Assembly: GCA_040754955.1 (NCBI GenBank)
Contig: JBFMCA010000011.1
Coordinates: forward strand, 543 to 64,542
DNA: 64,000 nt
DNA from: Acidobacteriota bacterium
GTDB lineage: Bacteria; Acidobacteriota; Vicinamibacteria; Vicinamibacterales; UBA2999
Reading direction: 5' to 3'
Below are positions 39,185-47,608 of this stretch, piece by piece (the first letter of the stretch is position 1; each line of letters starts with the position of its first letter). The notes beneath the pieces are model-generated. The model searched no databases and was not told the DNA's origin. It saw only the letters and a list, made by a program, of their open reading frames with translations. The position numbers and the translations under genes are program-made.

Positions 39185-39970
39185 GTGGGCCGGGCTCTCC
39201 ACGCCTGCCTCCTCCTGACAGCGCTGGTCGCGCCGACGGTGCCGCTGCACGCCGCGGACGATCCGCCGGCCCCCGCCGCCCGTTCGACCACCCAGGTCCG
39301 CTCCCACCCCGACTTCTGGTTCGGTCGCCCGCGGGGGTTTCTGGGCGTGCGGTCCTCGTGGATCTTCCAGCGCGCGGGGAGCGACCTGTTCGATTTCGTG
39401 CAGCGGCACCTGACGCTGGAGGACGGCGCCTTCGACAGCCCGGCCTTCAACGTGGACCTGGGCGTGGCCATCACCCCGCGCATCGACGCCGTGGTCGGAC
39501 TCGAAACGGCCGGCCGCACCAGCGCGTCGGAGTACCGCGACTTCGTGGACAATCGCCTGCGGCCCATCGAGCAGCGCACGACGCTTCGGACGACAGCCGT
39601 CACCGGCAGCGTGCGGGTGGCGCTGACGCCGCGGGGCCGCGCGATCAGCCGCCTCGCCTGGGTCCCCCGCCGCGTGTTCGCGTTTGCCGGCGCCGGCGGC
39701 GGTGCCGCCTACTACCGTTTCAACCAGACCGGATCGTTCGTCGACTTCGTCGATCGCTCGGTGTTCGACGATGTGTTCGAGTCGCAGGGATGGGCACCCA
39801 GCGCGCATGCCTTTGGCGGCGCCGACATCCAGGTGTTCCGCAAGCTGTTCGTCACCGTCGAGGGGCGGTACACCTGGGCCTCGGGCACGCTCAGCACCGA
39901 CTTCATCGGCTTCGATCCGATCGACCTGTCCGGCTTCCGGCTGTCGGGCGGCATCAACGTGGTGTTCTGA
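39185..39970 (+). CDS. Outer-membrane beta-barrel protein
   Basis: It has a signal peptide (MGRALHACLLLTALVAPTVPLHA), alternating beta-strand pattern, and a C-terminal ...GFRLSGGINVVF ending in Phe. Confidence 0.7.
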   Translation: MGRALHACLLLTALVAPTVPLHAADDPPAPAARSTTQVRSHPDFWFGRPRGFLGVRSSWIFQRAGSDLFDFVQRHLTLEDGAFDSPAFNVDLGVAITPRIDAVVGLETAGRTSASEYRDFVDNRLRPIEQRTTLRTTAVTGSVRVALTPRGRAISRLAWVPRRVFAFAGAGGGAAYYRFNQTGSFVDFVDRSVFDDVFESQGWAPSAHAFGGADIQVFRKLFVTVEGRYTWASGTLSTDFIGFDPIDLSGFRLSGGINVVF

Positions 39971-39983
39971 GGACCGCACGGCC

Positions 39984-41189
39984 ATGAGACGTGCTCTGCG
40001 TGCCGCGACGGCTCTGGTCACGCTGGCGGCGCCGGCCCTCGTGGGGGCCCAGCCGGTCGATGGGCGCTGGGCGCCGTGGATGGGCTGCTGGGAGATCGTC
40101 GACGACACCGCGGGCGCGCCGCCCGACGTCCAGTCGGTTGCCGACTTCCGCGACGCGACGCGCCGGCGCGCGGCGCCGGACGGCGTGGTGTGCGTCACGC
40201 CGTCGGAGTCGGGAGAGGGGGTCACGCTCACCACCTACCTGGCCGACAAGCCGGTGCTGACCCAGACCCTCGTCGCCGACGGCCGCGAGCGACCCGTGGC
40301 GGAAGGCGCGTGCCGCGGCGCGCAGCAGGCCGACTGGTCGCGCAGCGGGTACCGGGTGTTCACCCGCGCCCGTCTGAGCTGCGACCGCGAGCCATCGCGC
40401 AGCGTCGATGGTGTCTCCATTCTCGGCGTGGGCCCGGAGTGGCTCGATGTGCAGATGGTCGATGTCGGCGGCCACCGCAGCATCCGCGTGCGGCGCTACC
40501 AGTGGGCCCGCGACCAGCGTCACGCCGGAGGCGTGGCCATGGCCCACGACCGCATTCCCGTCACGAGCGCCTTCTCGGTGGAGGACGTCAAGGAAGCCGC
40601 CGGCCGCCTGCCGGTCGAGGTCGTGCAGGCCGCGCTCGTCGAGACACGGCTCGGCTTCGCCGTGCGCCGCCGCATCCTCGAGGACCTCGATGAGGCCGGC
40701 GTTCCCGATGCCGTGACCGATCTGCTCGTCGCGCTGGCCTTCCCCGATCGCTTCGTGGTCGAGCGGCCGAACGCATCCGGCGCGACGTCGGGCTGGCTGC
40801 CGGGCGGGATCCAGCCCGACGACGACCCGACGCTCTTCGGGTACTACTACTCGCCGTTCAGCTACTGGTCGTCGCGCGGGTACTACGACTCCACGCCGTA
40901 TCCGTTCTACGGGTGGACGCGGCTCGACCCCGACCGGGGCGGCAGCGGCGGCGAGCCGCGTCCGAGCGGCCTCGGGCGCGTCGTGGACGGTCACGGCTAC
41001 ACGCGGGTGCGGACGCGCGATCCCGATCCGGCCATCCGGACCAGCGATGGCAGCACGAGCGGCACGACGTCGGCCGGAGGCTCATCGAGCGGCACGGCCT
41101 CGCCTGGCGGCTACTCCGGCGGGAGCAGCGGCAGCAGCAGCGGGAGCGACCGCACCGCGGTGCCGCGGCCGCCCGGCGGCGGGCGCTGA
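39984..41189 (+). CDS. Secreted hypothetical protein with a Tyr-rich segment and a Gly/Ser-rich tail
   Basis: It has a signal peptide (MRRALRAATALVTLAAPALVGA), the segment FGYYYSPFSYWSSRGYYDSTPYPFYGW, and the tail GSTSGTTSAGGSSSGTASPGGYSGGSSGSSSGS. It starts 14 nt after the outer-membrane-protein stop. Confidence 0.6.
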   Translation: MRRALRAATALVTLAAPALVGAQPVDGRWAPWMGCWEIVDDTAGAPPDVQSVADFRDATRRRAAPDGVVCVTPSESGEGVTLTTYLADKPVLTQTLVADGRERPVAEGACRGAQQADWSRSGYRVFTRARLSCDREPSRSVDGVSILGVGPEWLDVQMVDVGGHRSIRVRRYQWARDQRHAGGVAMAHDRIPVTSAFSVEDVKEAAGRLPVEVVQAALVETRLGFAVRRRILEDLDEAGVPDAVTDLLVALAFPDRFVVERPNASGATSGWLPGGIQPDDDPTLFGYYYSPFSYWSSRGYYDSTPYPFYGWTRLDPDRGGSGGEPRPSGLGRVVDGHGYTRVRTRDPDPAIRTSDGSTSGTTSAGGSSSGTASPGGYSGGSSGSSSGSDRTAVPRPPGGGR

Positions 41190-41207
41190 CACCGCGCCGC
41201 CGCTGTG

Positions 41208-41244
41208 ATATGGCTATATGGGTGTTACAATATGGGCACCCATG
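41208..41244 (+). promoter_or_regulatory. vapBC promoter/operator candidate: three ATATGG repeats, TACAAT -10, and inverted repeat ATGGGTG/CACCCAT
   Basis: ATATGG occurs at 41208, 41216 and 41230. TACAAT is at 41226-41231. The inverted-repeat arms at 41218-41224 and 41237-41243 bracket the -10, and the right arm overlaps ATG 41242. Confidence 0.4.
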
Positions 41245-41487
41245 AAAACCACCATCGACATCGCCGACGCCCTCTTCGACGCCGCCCGTGAGAAGGCGCG
41301 CCGCGAGGGCACGACCCTCCGCGCGGTGGTCGAAGAGGGCCTCCGCGCCGTCCTGGGCCGCCGGCCGCCCGGCCGGCCATTTCGGCTCCGCCGCGTGACG
41401 TTTCGCGGCAAGGGCCTCAACCCCGACCTCGAGGGCCGCGGCTGGGAGGCTGTCCGCGACCGCTCCTACGAAGGCCGCGGGGCCTGA
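41242..41487 (+). CDS. vapB: VapB-type antitoxin
   Basis: MKTTIDIADALFDAAREKARREGTTLRAVVEEGLRAVL... It ends 3 nt before vapC. Confidence 0.8.
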   Translation: MKTTIDIADALFDAAREKARREGTTLRAVVEEGLRAVLGRRPPGRPFRLRRVTFRGKGLNPDLEGRGWEAVRDRSYEGRGA

Positions 41488-41490
41488 CGC

Positions 41491-41931
41491 GTGATCGCGG
41501 TCGATACGAACATCCTGGTCTACGCCCATCGCGCAGACGCGGCCTTTCACCAGGACGCGTATGCGCGGCTGTCTGAACTGGCCGAAGGGCCGCGCACCTG
41601 GGCCATCCCGTGGCCGTGCGTGCACGAGTTCCTCGCCGTCGTCACCCACCCCCGCATCTACCGGCCGCCAACGCCGTTATCCGTCGCGCTCGACCAGGTC
41701 GATGCCTGGCTCGAGTCGCCGGGCCTCACGCTGCTCGGCGAACCGACGGACCACTGGACCCGCCTGCGGCCGCTGCTGGCGAAGGGGCGCGTGGCCGGCG
41801 CCGTCGTGCACGACGCGCGCATCGTCGCCCTCTGCCTCGCCCACGGCGTGTCGGAGCTGTGGTCGGCCGATCGGGATTTCGGGCGTTTTCCGGGCCTGGC
41901 CGTCCGGAACCCGCTCGCGACCGGCGAGTGA
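41491..41931 (+). CDS. vapC: VapC-family PIN-domain toxin
   Basis: The N-terminal IAVDTNILVYA (Asp), HEFLAVVT, VHDARIVALCLAHG and LWSADRDF motifs are present. Confidence 0.88.
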   Translation: MIAVDTNILVYAHRADAAFHQDAYARLSELAEGPRTWAIPWPCVHEFLAVVTHPRIYRPPTPLSVALDQVDAWLESPGLTLLGEPTDHWTRLRPLLAKGRVAGAVVHDARIVALCLAHGVSELWSADRDFGRFPGLAVRNPLATGE

Positions 41932-41941
41932 GGGGCGTAAC

Positions 41942-43075
41942 ATGGAGCGAGGGCGCGCGCGGCGCGCCCGCCAGCCCATGAGCACGCCTGTCGTCGAGCG
42001 CTTCGACTCGGCCCATCCCACGACCCACTGGCACCGCCTCGACGATGGGCGCGTGCAGTGCGACGTGTGTCCGCGGTACTGCCGCCTGCACGACGGGCAG
42101 CGCGGCCTGTGCTTCGTGCGCGGCGCCCAGGACGGCGCTGTCGTGCTGACGAGCTACGGCCGATCGAGCGGGTACTGCATCGACCCCATCGAAAAGAAGC
42201 CGCTCAACCACTTCCTGCCCGGCACGCCGGTGCTCTCGTTCGGCACCGCGGGCTGCAACCTGGCCTGCCGCTTCTGCCAGAACTGGGACATCTCGAAGTC
42301 GCGCGAGTGGGACCGGCTGATGGACGAAGCCAGCCCCGAGGCCATCGCACGCGCGGCGCGCGGCCTGGGCTGCCGGAGCGTCGCGTTCACCTACAACGAC
42401 CCGGCCATCTTCATGGAGTACGCGATGGACACGGCCGATGCCTGCCGCGCGCAGGGCGTGCGGTCGGTGGCCGTGACCGCCGGCTACATGGCGCCGGAGG
42501 CCCGCCGCGAGTTCTACGCGCACATGGACGCGGCCAACGTCGATCTGAAGGCGTTCACCGAGGACTTCTACCACAAGGTGTGCGCCGCGCACCTGCGGCC
42601 GGTGCTCGACACGCTGGTGTATCTGAAGTGCGAGACGACGGTCTGGTTCGAGATCACGACGCTCCTCATTCCGGGCTACAACGACTCGGACGAGGAGATC
42701 GACGCGATGACGAAGTGGGGCGTCGCCGAACTCGGATCGGATGTACCGTGGCACTTCACGGCGTTTCACCCCGACTGGAAGATGCTCGACGTGCCGCCCA
42801 CGCCGCCGGCGACGCTCACGCGCGCGCGCCAGATCGCCATGGACAACGGCGTCCGGTACGCGTATACCGGCAACGTGCACGACGAGTCGGGCGGGAGCAC
42901 GTACTGCCACGCCTGCGGCGCGCGCCTCATCGGACGCGACTGGTACGAGATGACCGCGTGGGCCCTCGACGAGCACGGCCGCTGCCGGGCGTGCGGCGCG
43001 ACCTGCGCGGGCGTCTTCGAGCCCCAGCCGGGCCGCTGGGGCGGCCGGCGGCGCCAGGTGACGATCCGGCCGTAG
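41942..43075 (+). CDS. AmmeMemoRadiSam-system radical SAM enzyme
   Basis: VQCDVCPRYCRLHDGQRGLCFVR, DPIEKKPLNHFLPGTPVLSFGTAGCNLACRFCQNWDISKS and a C-terminal CHACG...CRACG are present. An alternative start lies at ATG 41978. Confidence 0.85.
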   Translation: MERGRARRARQPMSTPVVERFDSAHPTTHWHRLDDGRVQCDVCPRYCRLHDGQRGLCFVRGAQDGAVVLTSYGRSSGYCIDPIEKKPLNHFLPGTPVLSFGTAGCNLACRFCQNWDISKSREWDRLMDEASPEAIARAARGLGCRSVAFTYNDPAIFMEYAMDTADACRAQGVRSVAVTAGYMAPEARREFYAHMDAANVDLKAFTEDFYHKVCAAHLRPVLDTLVYLKCETTVWFEITTLLIPGYNDSDEEIDAMTKWGVAELGSDVPWHFTAFHPDWKMLDVPPTPPATLTRARQIAMDNGVRYAYTGNVHDESGGSTYCHACGARLIGRDWYEMTAWALDEHGRCRACGATCAGVFEPQPGRWGGRRRQVTIRP

Positions 43076-43093
43076 CCCCGCGCTCACACACCC

Positions 43094-43684
43094 ATGACCG
43101 AGCCCTTCTCCCTCCAGACCGGCGATGCCCTGATCGTCGTCGACGTTCAGAACGACTTTCTGCCCGGCGGCAGCCTGGCGGTGGCCGACGGCCACGCGGT
43201 GGTGGAGCCGCTCAACCGTTACATCGCGGCGTTCGAGGCCAGGGAGCTGCCCGTCTACTTCACGCGCGACTGGCATCCGCCCGACCACAGCTCGTTCGTC
43301 GCCCGCGGCGGTCCCTGGCCCCCGCACTGCGTGGCCGACACGACAGGCGCGGCATTCGCGCCCGGCCTCCGGCTGCCGCAGCATGCCGTGGTGATCTCGA
43401 AGGCCACCTCGCGGGAGGCCGACGCGTACTCGGGATTCGAGGGCACGGATCTCGACCATCGGCTGCAGGCGCAGGGGGTGCGGCGCGTGTTCGTGGGCGG
43501 GCTCGCCACCGACTACTGCGTGCTCAACACCGTCCGCGACGCGCTCGAGCACAAGTACGAGACCTACCTCCTGACGGACGCCATTCGGGCGGTCGACGTC
43601 ACGCCCGGCGACGGCGATCGCGCGCGCGCGGAGATGGAACGCCGGGGCGCGCGGCCCATCACCTTCGACGCCCTCGGGGCCTGA
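43094..43684 (+). CDS. pncA: Nicotinamidase/pyrazinamidase (isochorismatase family)
   Basis: ALIVVDVQNDFLPGGSLAV, WPPHCV and GLATDYCV are present, consistent with the catalytic Asp-Lys-Cys and metal site. Confidence 0.88.
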   Translation: MTEPFSLQTGDALIVVDVQNDFLPGGSLAVADGHAVVEPLNRYIAAFEARELPVYFTRDWHPPDHSSFVARGGPWPPHCVADTTGAAFAPGLRLPQHAVVISKATSREADAYSGFEGTDLDHRLQAQGVRRVFVGGLATDYCVLNTVRDALEHKYETYLLTDAIRAVDVTPGDGDRARAEMERRGARPITFDALGA

Positions 43685-43691
43685 CGGCGCG

Positions 43692-45038
43692 ATGCACGAT
43701 CCCGCACCCGGCGCGCTGCTCACCGACCTCTACCAGCTCACCATGCTCGACGCCTACTTCGAGCATGGCTTGACGCGCACGGCCGTCTTCGAGTTCTTCG
43801 TGCGCCGGCTGCCGGACGCCCGCGGCTTCCTCGTCGCGGCGGGGCTGGAGCAGGCGCTGGACTATCTCGAGACGCTTCGCTTCACGGACGACGAGCTCGA
43901 CTGGATCCGGGCATCGGGCCACTTCAGCCCGGGCTTCGCCGACCGGCTCGCCGCCCTTCGGTTCACGGGCGACGTCGACGCGCTGCCCGAGGGCACGGTG
44001 TGCTTCGCGAACGAGCCGCTCCTCCGCATCGTGGCCCCACTGCCAGAGGCACAGCTGGTCGAGACGCGCCTCATCAACCTCCTGCAGTTCCAGACGATGA
44101 TTGCGTCGAAGGCCGCCCGGTCGGTGCTCGCGGCCAACGGCCGCCAGTTGGTGGAGTTCGGCCTGCGCCGCGCGCACGGCGCCGAGGCGGGCCTGTTCGC
44201 TGCCCGCGCCAGCTACCTGGCGGGCTTTGCGGGCACGTCGAACGTGGCGGCCGCGGCGCGGTACGGCATGCCCGCCTTCGGCACGATGGCCCACGCCTTC
44301 GTGCAGGCGCACGACGACGAGGAGCAGGCCTTCGAGCACTTCGCCGTGACGCACCCCGACAACAACACGCTGCTCATCGACACCTACGACACCGAGGCCG
44401 CGGCCCGGAAGGTGGTCAGCCTGGCCGGCCGGCTGCGCGCGCGCGGCATCACGATTCGAGCCGTGCGGCTCGACAGCGGCAACCTGCTGGACCATGCGGT
44501 TCGGGTTCGGCGCATCCTCGACGACGGCGGCCTGCGCGAGACGCGGATCTTCTCGAGCGGCAACCTCGACGAGTACGTGCTGCGCGACCTCGTCCGCGAG
44601 GGCGCGCCCATCGACGGCTTCGGGATCGGCACGAGCCTCGACACGTCTGCCGACGCGCCGTACCTGGAGTGCGTCTACAAGCTGATGGAATACGACGGGC
44701 GGGCGCGCCGCAAGCGGTCGGAGGGCAAGGCCACCTGGCCGGGACGCAAGCAGGTGTTCCGGCGCTACGGGCCGAGCGGCGAGATGGCGGGCGACGTCCT
44801 CACCGTCGACGGCGATGCCCAGGAGGGCGAGGCGCTCCTCGTGCCCGTGATGCGCGGCGGACGACGCCTGGCGCCCCGCGAGTCCCTGCACGCCATCCGC
44901 GCCCGCGCGGTCCGGCAACTCGGCGACCTGCCGGCCCACCTCCAGGCCCTCGAGACCGAACCGGCTTACCTGGTCCGCGTGGCGCCGGCGCTCGTCAGCC
45001 TGACCGAGCTGGTCGATCGCACGGTCGCGCCGGGCTGA
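43692..45038 (+). CDS. pncB: Nicotinate phosphoribosyltransferase
   Basis: LLTDLYQLTMLDAYF, FGLRRAHG, FGTMAHAFVQ and VRLDSGNL motifs are present. 448 aa. Confidence 0.88.
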   Translation: MHDPAPGALLTDLYQLTMLDAYFEHGLTRTAVFEFFVRRLPDARGFLVAAGLEQALDYLETLRFTDDELDWIRASGHFSPGFADRLAALRFTGDVDALPEGTVCFANEPLLRIVAPLPEAQLVETRLINLLQFQTMIASKAARSVLAANGRQLVEFGLRRAHGAEAGLFAARASYLAGFAGTSNVAAAARYGMPAFGTMAHAFVQAHDDEEQAFEHFAVTHPDNNTLLIDTYDTEAAARKVVSLAGRLRARGITIRAVRLDSGNLLDHAVRVRRILDDGGLRETRIFSSGNLDEYVLRDLVREGAPIDGFGIGTSLDTSADAPYLECVYKLMEYDGRARRKRSEGKATWPGRKQVFRRYGPSGEMAGDVLTVDGDAQEGEALLVPVMRGGRRLAPRESLHAIRARAVRQLGDLPAHLQALETEPAYLVRVAPALVSLTELVDRTVAPG

Positions 45039-45120
45039 CCGTGCGCGGCATCACGGCCGCCGCTGTCGGGCGGGCGCGCGCGCTGACTTCGCCTATGATG
45101 GGCCTCCACAAGGAGGCTCC

Positions 45121-45564
45121 ATGTCCCGTATCCGTTCCCGGTCGGTTGTCCTGGGCGCGCTGCTCTTCGTCTCCGGCCTGGCGTCCGGCGCGCTGGGCAC
45201 CAGCGTCCATTCCGCGGCCGCGCAGTCGTCGACGCGTGTGTTCGAGCTCCGCACCTACACGGCGCCGGAAGGCAAGCTGGGCGACCTGCACGCGCGCTTC
45301 CGGAATCACACGCTGCGCATCTTCGAGAAGCACGGCATGACCAACATCGTGTACCTCTCGCCCATGGACGCCCCTCTCTCGGACAACACGCTCGTCTACC
45401 TGCTCGCCCACAAGGACCGCGAGTCGGCGAAGGCAAGCTGGGGCGCCTTCGTCAACGACCCGGAATGGAAGAAGGTGTCCGCGGAGTCGCAGGTCAACGG
45501 GCGCATCGTCGCCAAGGTGGAGTCGGTCTTCTTCACCCCGACGGACTACTCGCCCATGAAGTGA
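45121..45564 (+). CDS. NIPSNAP-family protein with signal peptide
   Basis: RVFELRTYTAPEGKLGDLHARFRNHTLRIFEKHGM is present. AAGGAGG lies 6 nt upstream. Confidence 0.8.
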   Translation: MSRIRSRSVVLGALLFVSGLASGALGTSVHSAAAQSSTRVFELRTYTAPEGKLGDLHARFRNHTLRIFEKHGMTNIVYLSPMDAPLSDNTLVYLLAHKDRESAKASWGAFVNDPEWKKVSAESQVNGRIVAKVESVFFTPTDYSPMK

Positions 45565-45575
45565 GAGGAGGCGCC

Positions 45576-46004
45576 ATGCGGATTCTGCACGCCCGGCTCA
45601 TCCTGGCTGGCGCCCTGATGGTCGCCGGCGCGGCGGCGCTGCCGCGCGCCGACGCCCAGCAGCCCGCCGACGACCCCCGCTTCACCGGGCTGTCGACGGT
45701 GCTCGAGTCGAAGGACCTGTCCGTCGCCCGTCGGCGGTTCGAAGCCGGCGCCCGATCGGCGTGGCACCGCCACGACAACGGGCAGCTGCTGTACGTCGAA
45801 CGCGGCCGGATGCGCACGCAGAAGCGGGGCCAGCGCATGCGCGAGCTCGGCCAGGGCGAGAGCGACTACACGGCGCCCCACGTGGAGCACTGGCACGGCG
45901 CCACCCCGGACGAGGCGCTCATCCAGGTGAACGTGGGGTTCGGCGGGGAGACCCGCTGGCTGGAGCGCACGACCGACGCGGAATACCACGGCCGGCCGCA
46001 GTAG
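45576..46004 (+). CDS. Cupin-domain protein, secreted
   Basis: It has a signal peptide and the cupin motif WHRHDNGQLLYV...HWHGA. GAGGAGG lies 6 nt upstream of ATG 45576. Confidence 0.75.
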   Translation: MRILHARLILAGALMVAGAAALPRADAQQPADDPRFTGLSTVLESKDLSVARRRFEAGARSAWHRHDNGQLLYVERGRMRTQKRGQRMRELGQGESDYTAPHVEHWHGATPDEALIQVNVGFGGETRWLERTTDAEYHGRPQ

Positions 46005-46018
46005 CGCCGCGGGGCGGC

Positions 46019-47590
46019 CTATTGTCGGGCGATGCCGGGGCGGCCGCCGCGCAGGACGTACTTCTGCACCTTGCCGGTGGCCGTCTTGGGCAGCTCGGCC
46101 ACGACGGTGAAGCTGTGCGGCACCTTGAAGTGCGCCATGTGCTCGCGGCAGAACGCGCGCAGCTCGCCGTCGGTGGCGGCGGCGCCGGGCCGCAGCACGA
46201 TCCAGGCGTGCGGCGCCTCGCCCCACGTCTGGTCCGGCAGCCCGACGACCGACGCCTCCTGCACGGCCGGGTGTCTGAGCAGCATGGCCTCGACCTCGAC
46301 CGAGGAGATGTTCTCGCCGCCGCTGATGATGACGTCCTTCAGCCGGTCGCGGATCTCGACGTACCCGTCCGGGTGAACGACGGCCGCATCGCCGGAGTGG
46401 AACCAGCCGTCGCCCATGGCCCGGGCCGTCGCCTCGGGGTCGTCGTAGTAGCCCGCCATGACGACGTTGCCTCGGGCGACGATTTCGCCCATCGTCCGGC
46501 CATCCTGCGGGACGTCCCGGCCCTGCTCGTCGACGACGCGCAGCTCGCCCGAGGTGATGAGCTCGACGCCCTGCCGCGCCTTCACCACCGCCCGCGCCGC
46601 GGGCGTCAGGTCGGCGTGCTCGGGACGCGGCTCGCACACGGTGATGAACGGCGCCGTTTCCGTGAGCCCGTAGACGTGGGTGACGGTCCAGCCGAGCTCC
46701 TCCTCGAGCCGCTGGATGGTCACGGCGGCGGGCGGCGCGCCGGCGGTGAGCACGCGCACGCCCCGCGGCGCGCCGGCGGTGGTCTCGGCGGGCGCGTCGG
46801 CAAGGCCGATGAGCACGGTCGGCGCCGCGCAGAGCACCGAGATACGCTCATCGCGGACGAGCCGGAACACCGCGGCCGGATCCACCTTCCGCAGGCAGAC
46901 ATGGGTGCCGCCGACGGCGGTGACGATCCACGTGAACGTCCACCCGTTGGCGTGGAACATCGGGAGCGTCCAGAGATACCGGTCGGCCGGGGTCATCGGC
47001 ACGTGCACCAGCGTGCCGACCGCGTTGGTCCACGCGTTGCGGTGCGTGATCATCACGCCCTTCGGCCGTGACGTCGTCCCGCTCGTGTAGTTGATGGTCA
47101 GCAGGTCCTGCTCGTCGATGGCCGGGCGCCGGACGTCGGCCGTCGCGCCGCCGACGAGCGCCTCGTAGTCGAGCCAGCCCGCCAGCGTGCCGGTGAGCGC
47201 CACGAAATGCCGCACGCCGGTGAGCGAGCCGCGAACGCTGTCGACCGCGGCCACGAACTCTCCATCGACGCAGACGACCGTCGCGCCGCTGTGCTGGATG
47301 ATGTACTGGAAGTCGTCGGCGACCAGCCGGTAGTTGATGGGGACCAGCACCGCGCCGATCTGCGGCACAGCGTAGAACGACTCGAGCTGCGCGTGGGTGT
47401 TGGGCGCGATGTAGGCGACGCGGTCGCCCTTGCCGACGCCGAGCGCCTGGAGGGCCGACGACCAGCGGTCGCAGCGCTCGAAGAAGGCCGCGTAGGTGAA
47501 CCGGGACGCGCCGTCGACAACGGCCTCGCGGGCGCCGTAGAGCCGGCGCGCCCGGCGCATGAAGTCGAGCGGGGTGAAGGGGACGTTCAT
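46019..47590 (-). CDS. AMP-dependent acyl-CoA synthetase/ligase
   Basis: The AMP-binding motif YTSGTTSRPKGV, the GYYDDPEAT and SGDAAVVHPDGYVEIRDRLKDVIISGGENI motifs, and the C-terminal PKTATGKVQK are present. Confidence 0.9.
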   Translation of the reverse strand: MNVPFTPLDFMRRARRLYGAREAVVDGASRFTYAAFFERCDRWSSALQALGVGKGDRVAYIAPNTHAQLESFYAVPQIGAVLVPINYRLVADDFQYIIQHSGATVVCVDGEFVAAVDSVRGSLTGVRHFVALTGTLAGWLDYEALVGGATADVRRPAIDEQDLLTINYTSGTTSRPKGVMITHRNAWTNAVGTLVHVPMTPADRYLWTLPMFHANGWTFTWIVTAVGGTHVCLRKVDPAAVFRLVRDERISVLCAAPTVLIGLADAPAETTAGAPRGVRVLTAGAPPAAVTIQRLEEELGWTVTHVYGLTETAPFITVCEPRPEHADLTPAARAVVKARQGVELITSGELRVVDEQGRDVPQDGRTMGEIVARGNVVMAGYYDDPEATARAMGDGWFHSGDAAVVHPDGYVEIRDRLKDVIISGGENISSVEVEAMLLRHPAVQEASVVGLPDQTWGEAPHAWIVLRPGAAATDGELRAFCREHMAHFKVPHSFTVVAELPKTATGKVQKYVLRGGRPGIARQ

Positions 47591-47608
47591 GCCCGCCCGA
47601 GTCGCCGG

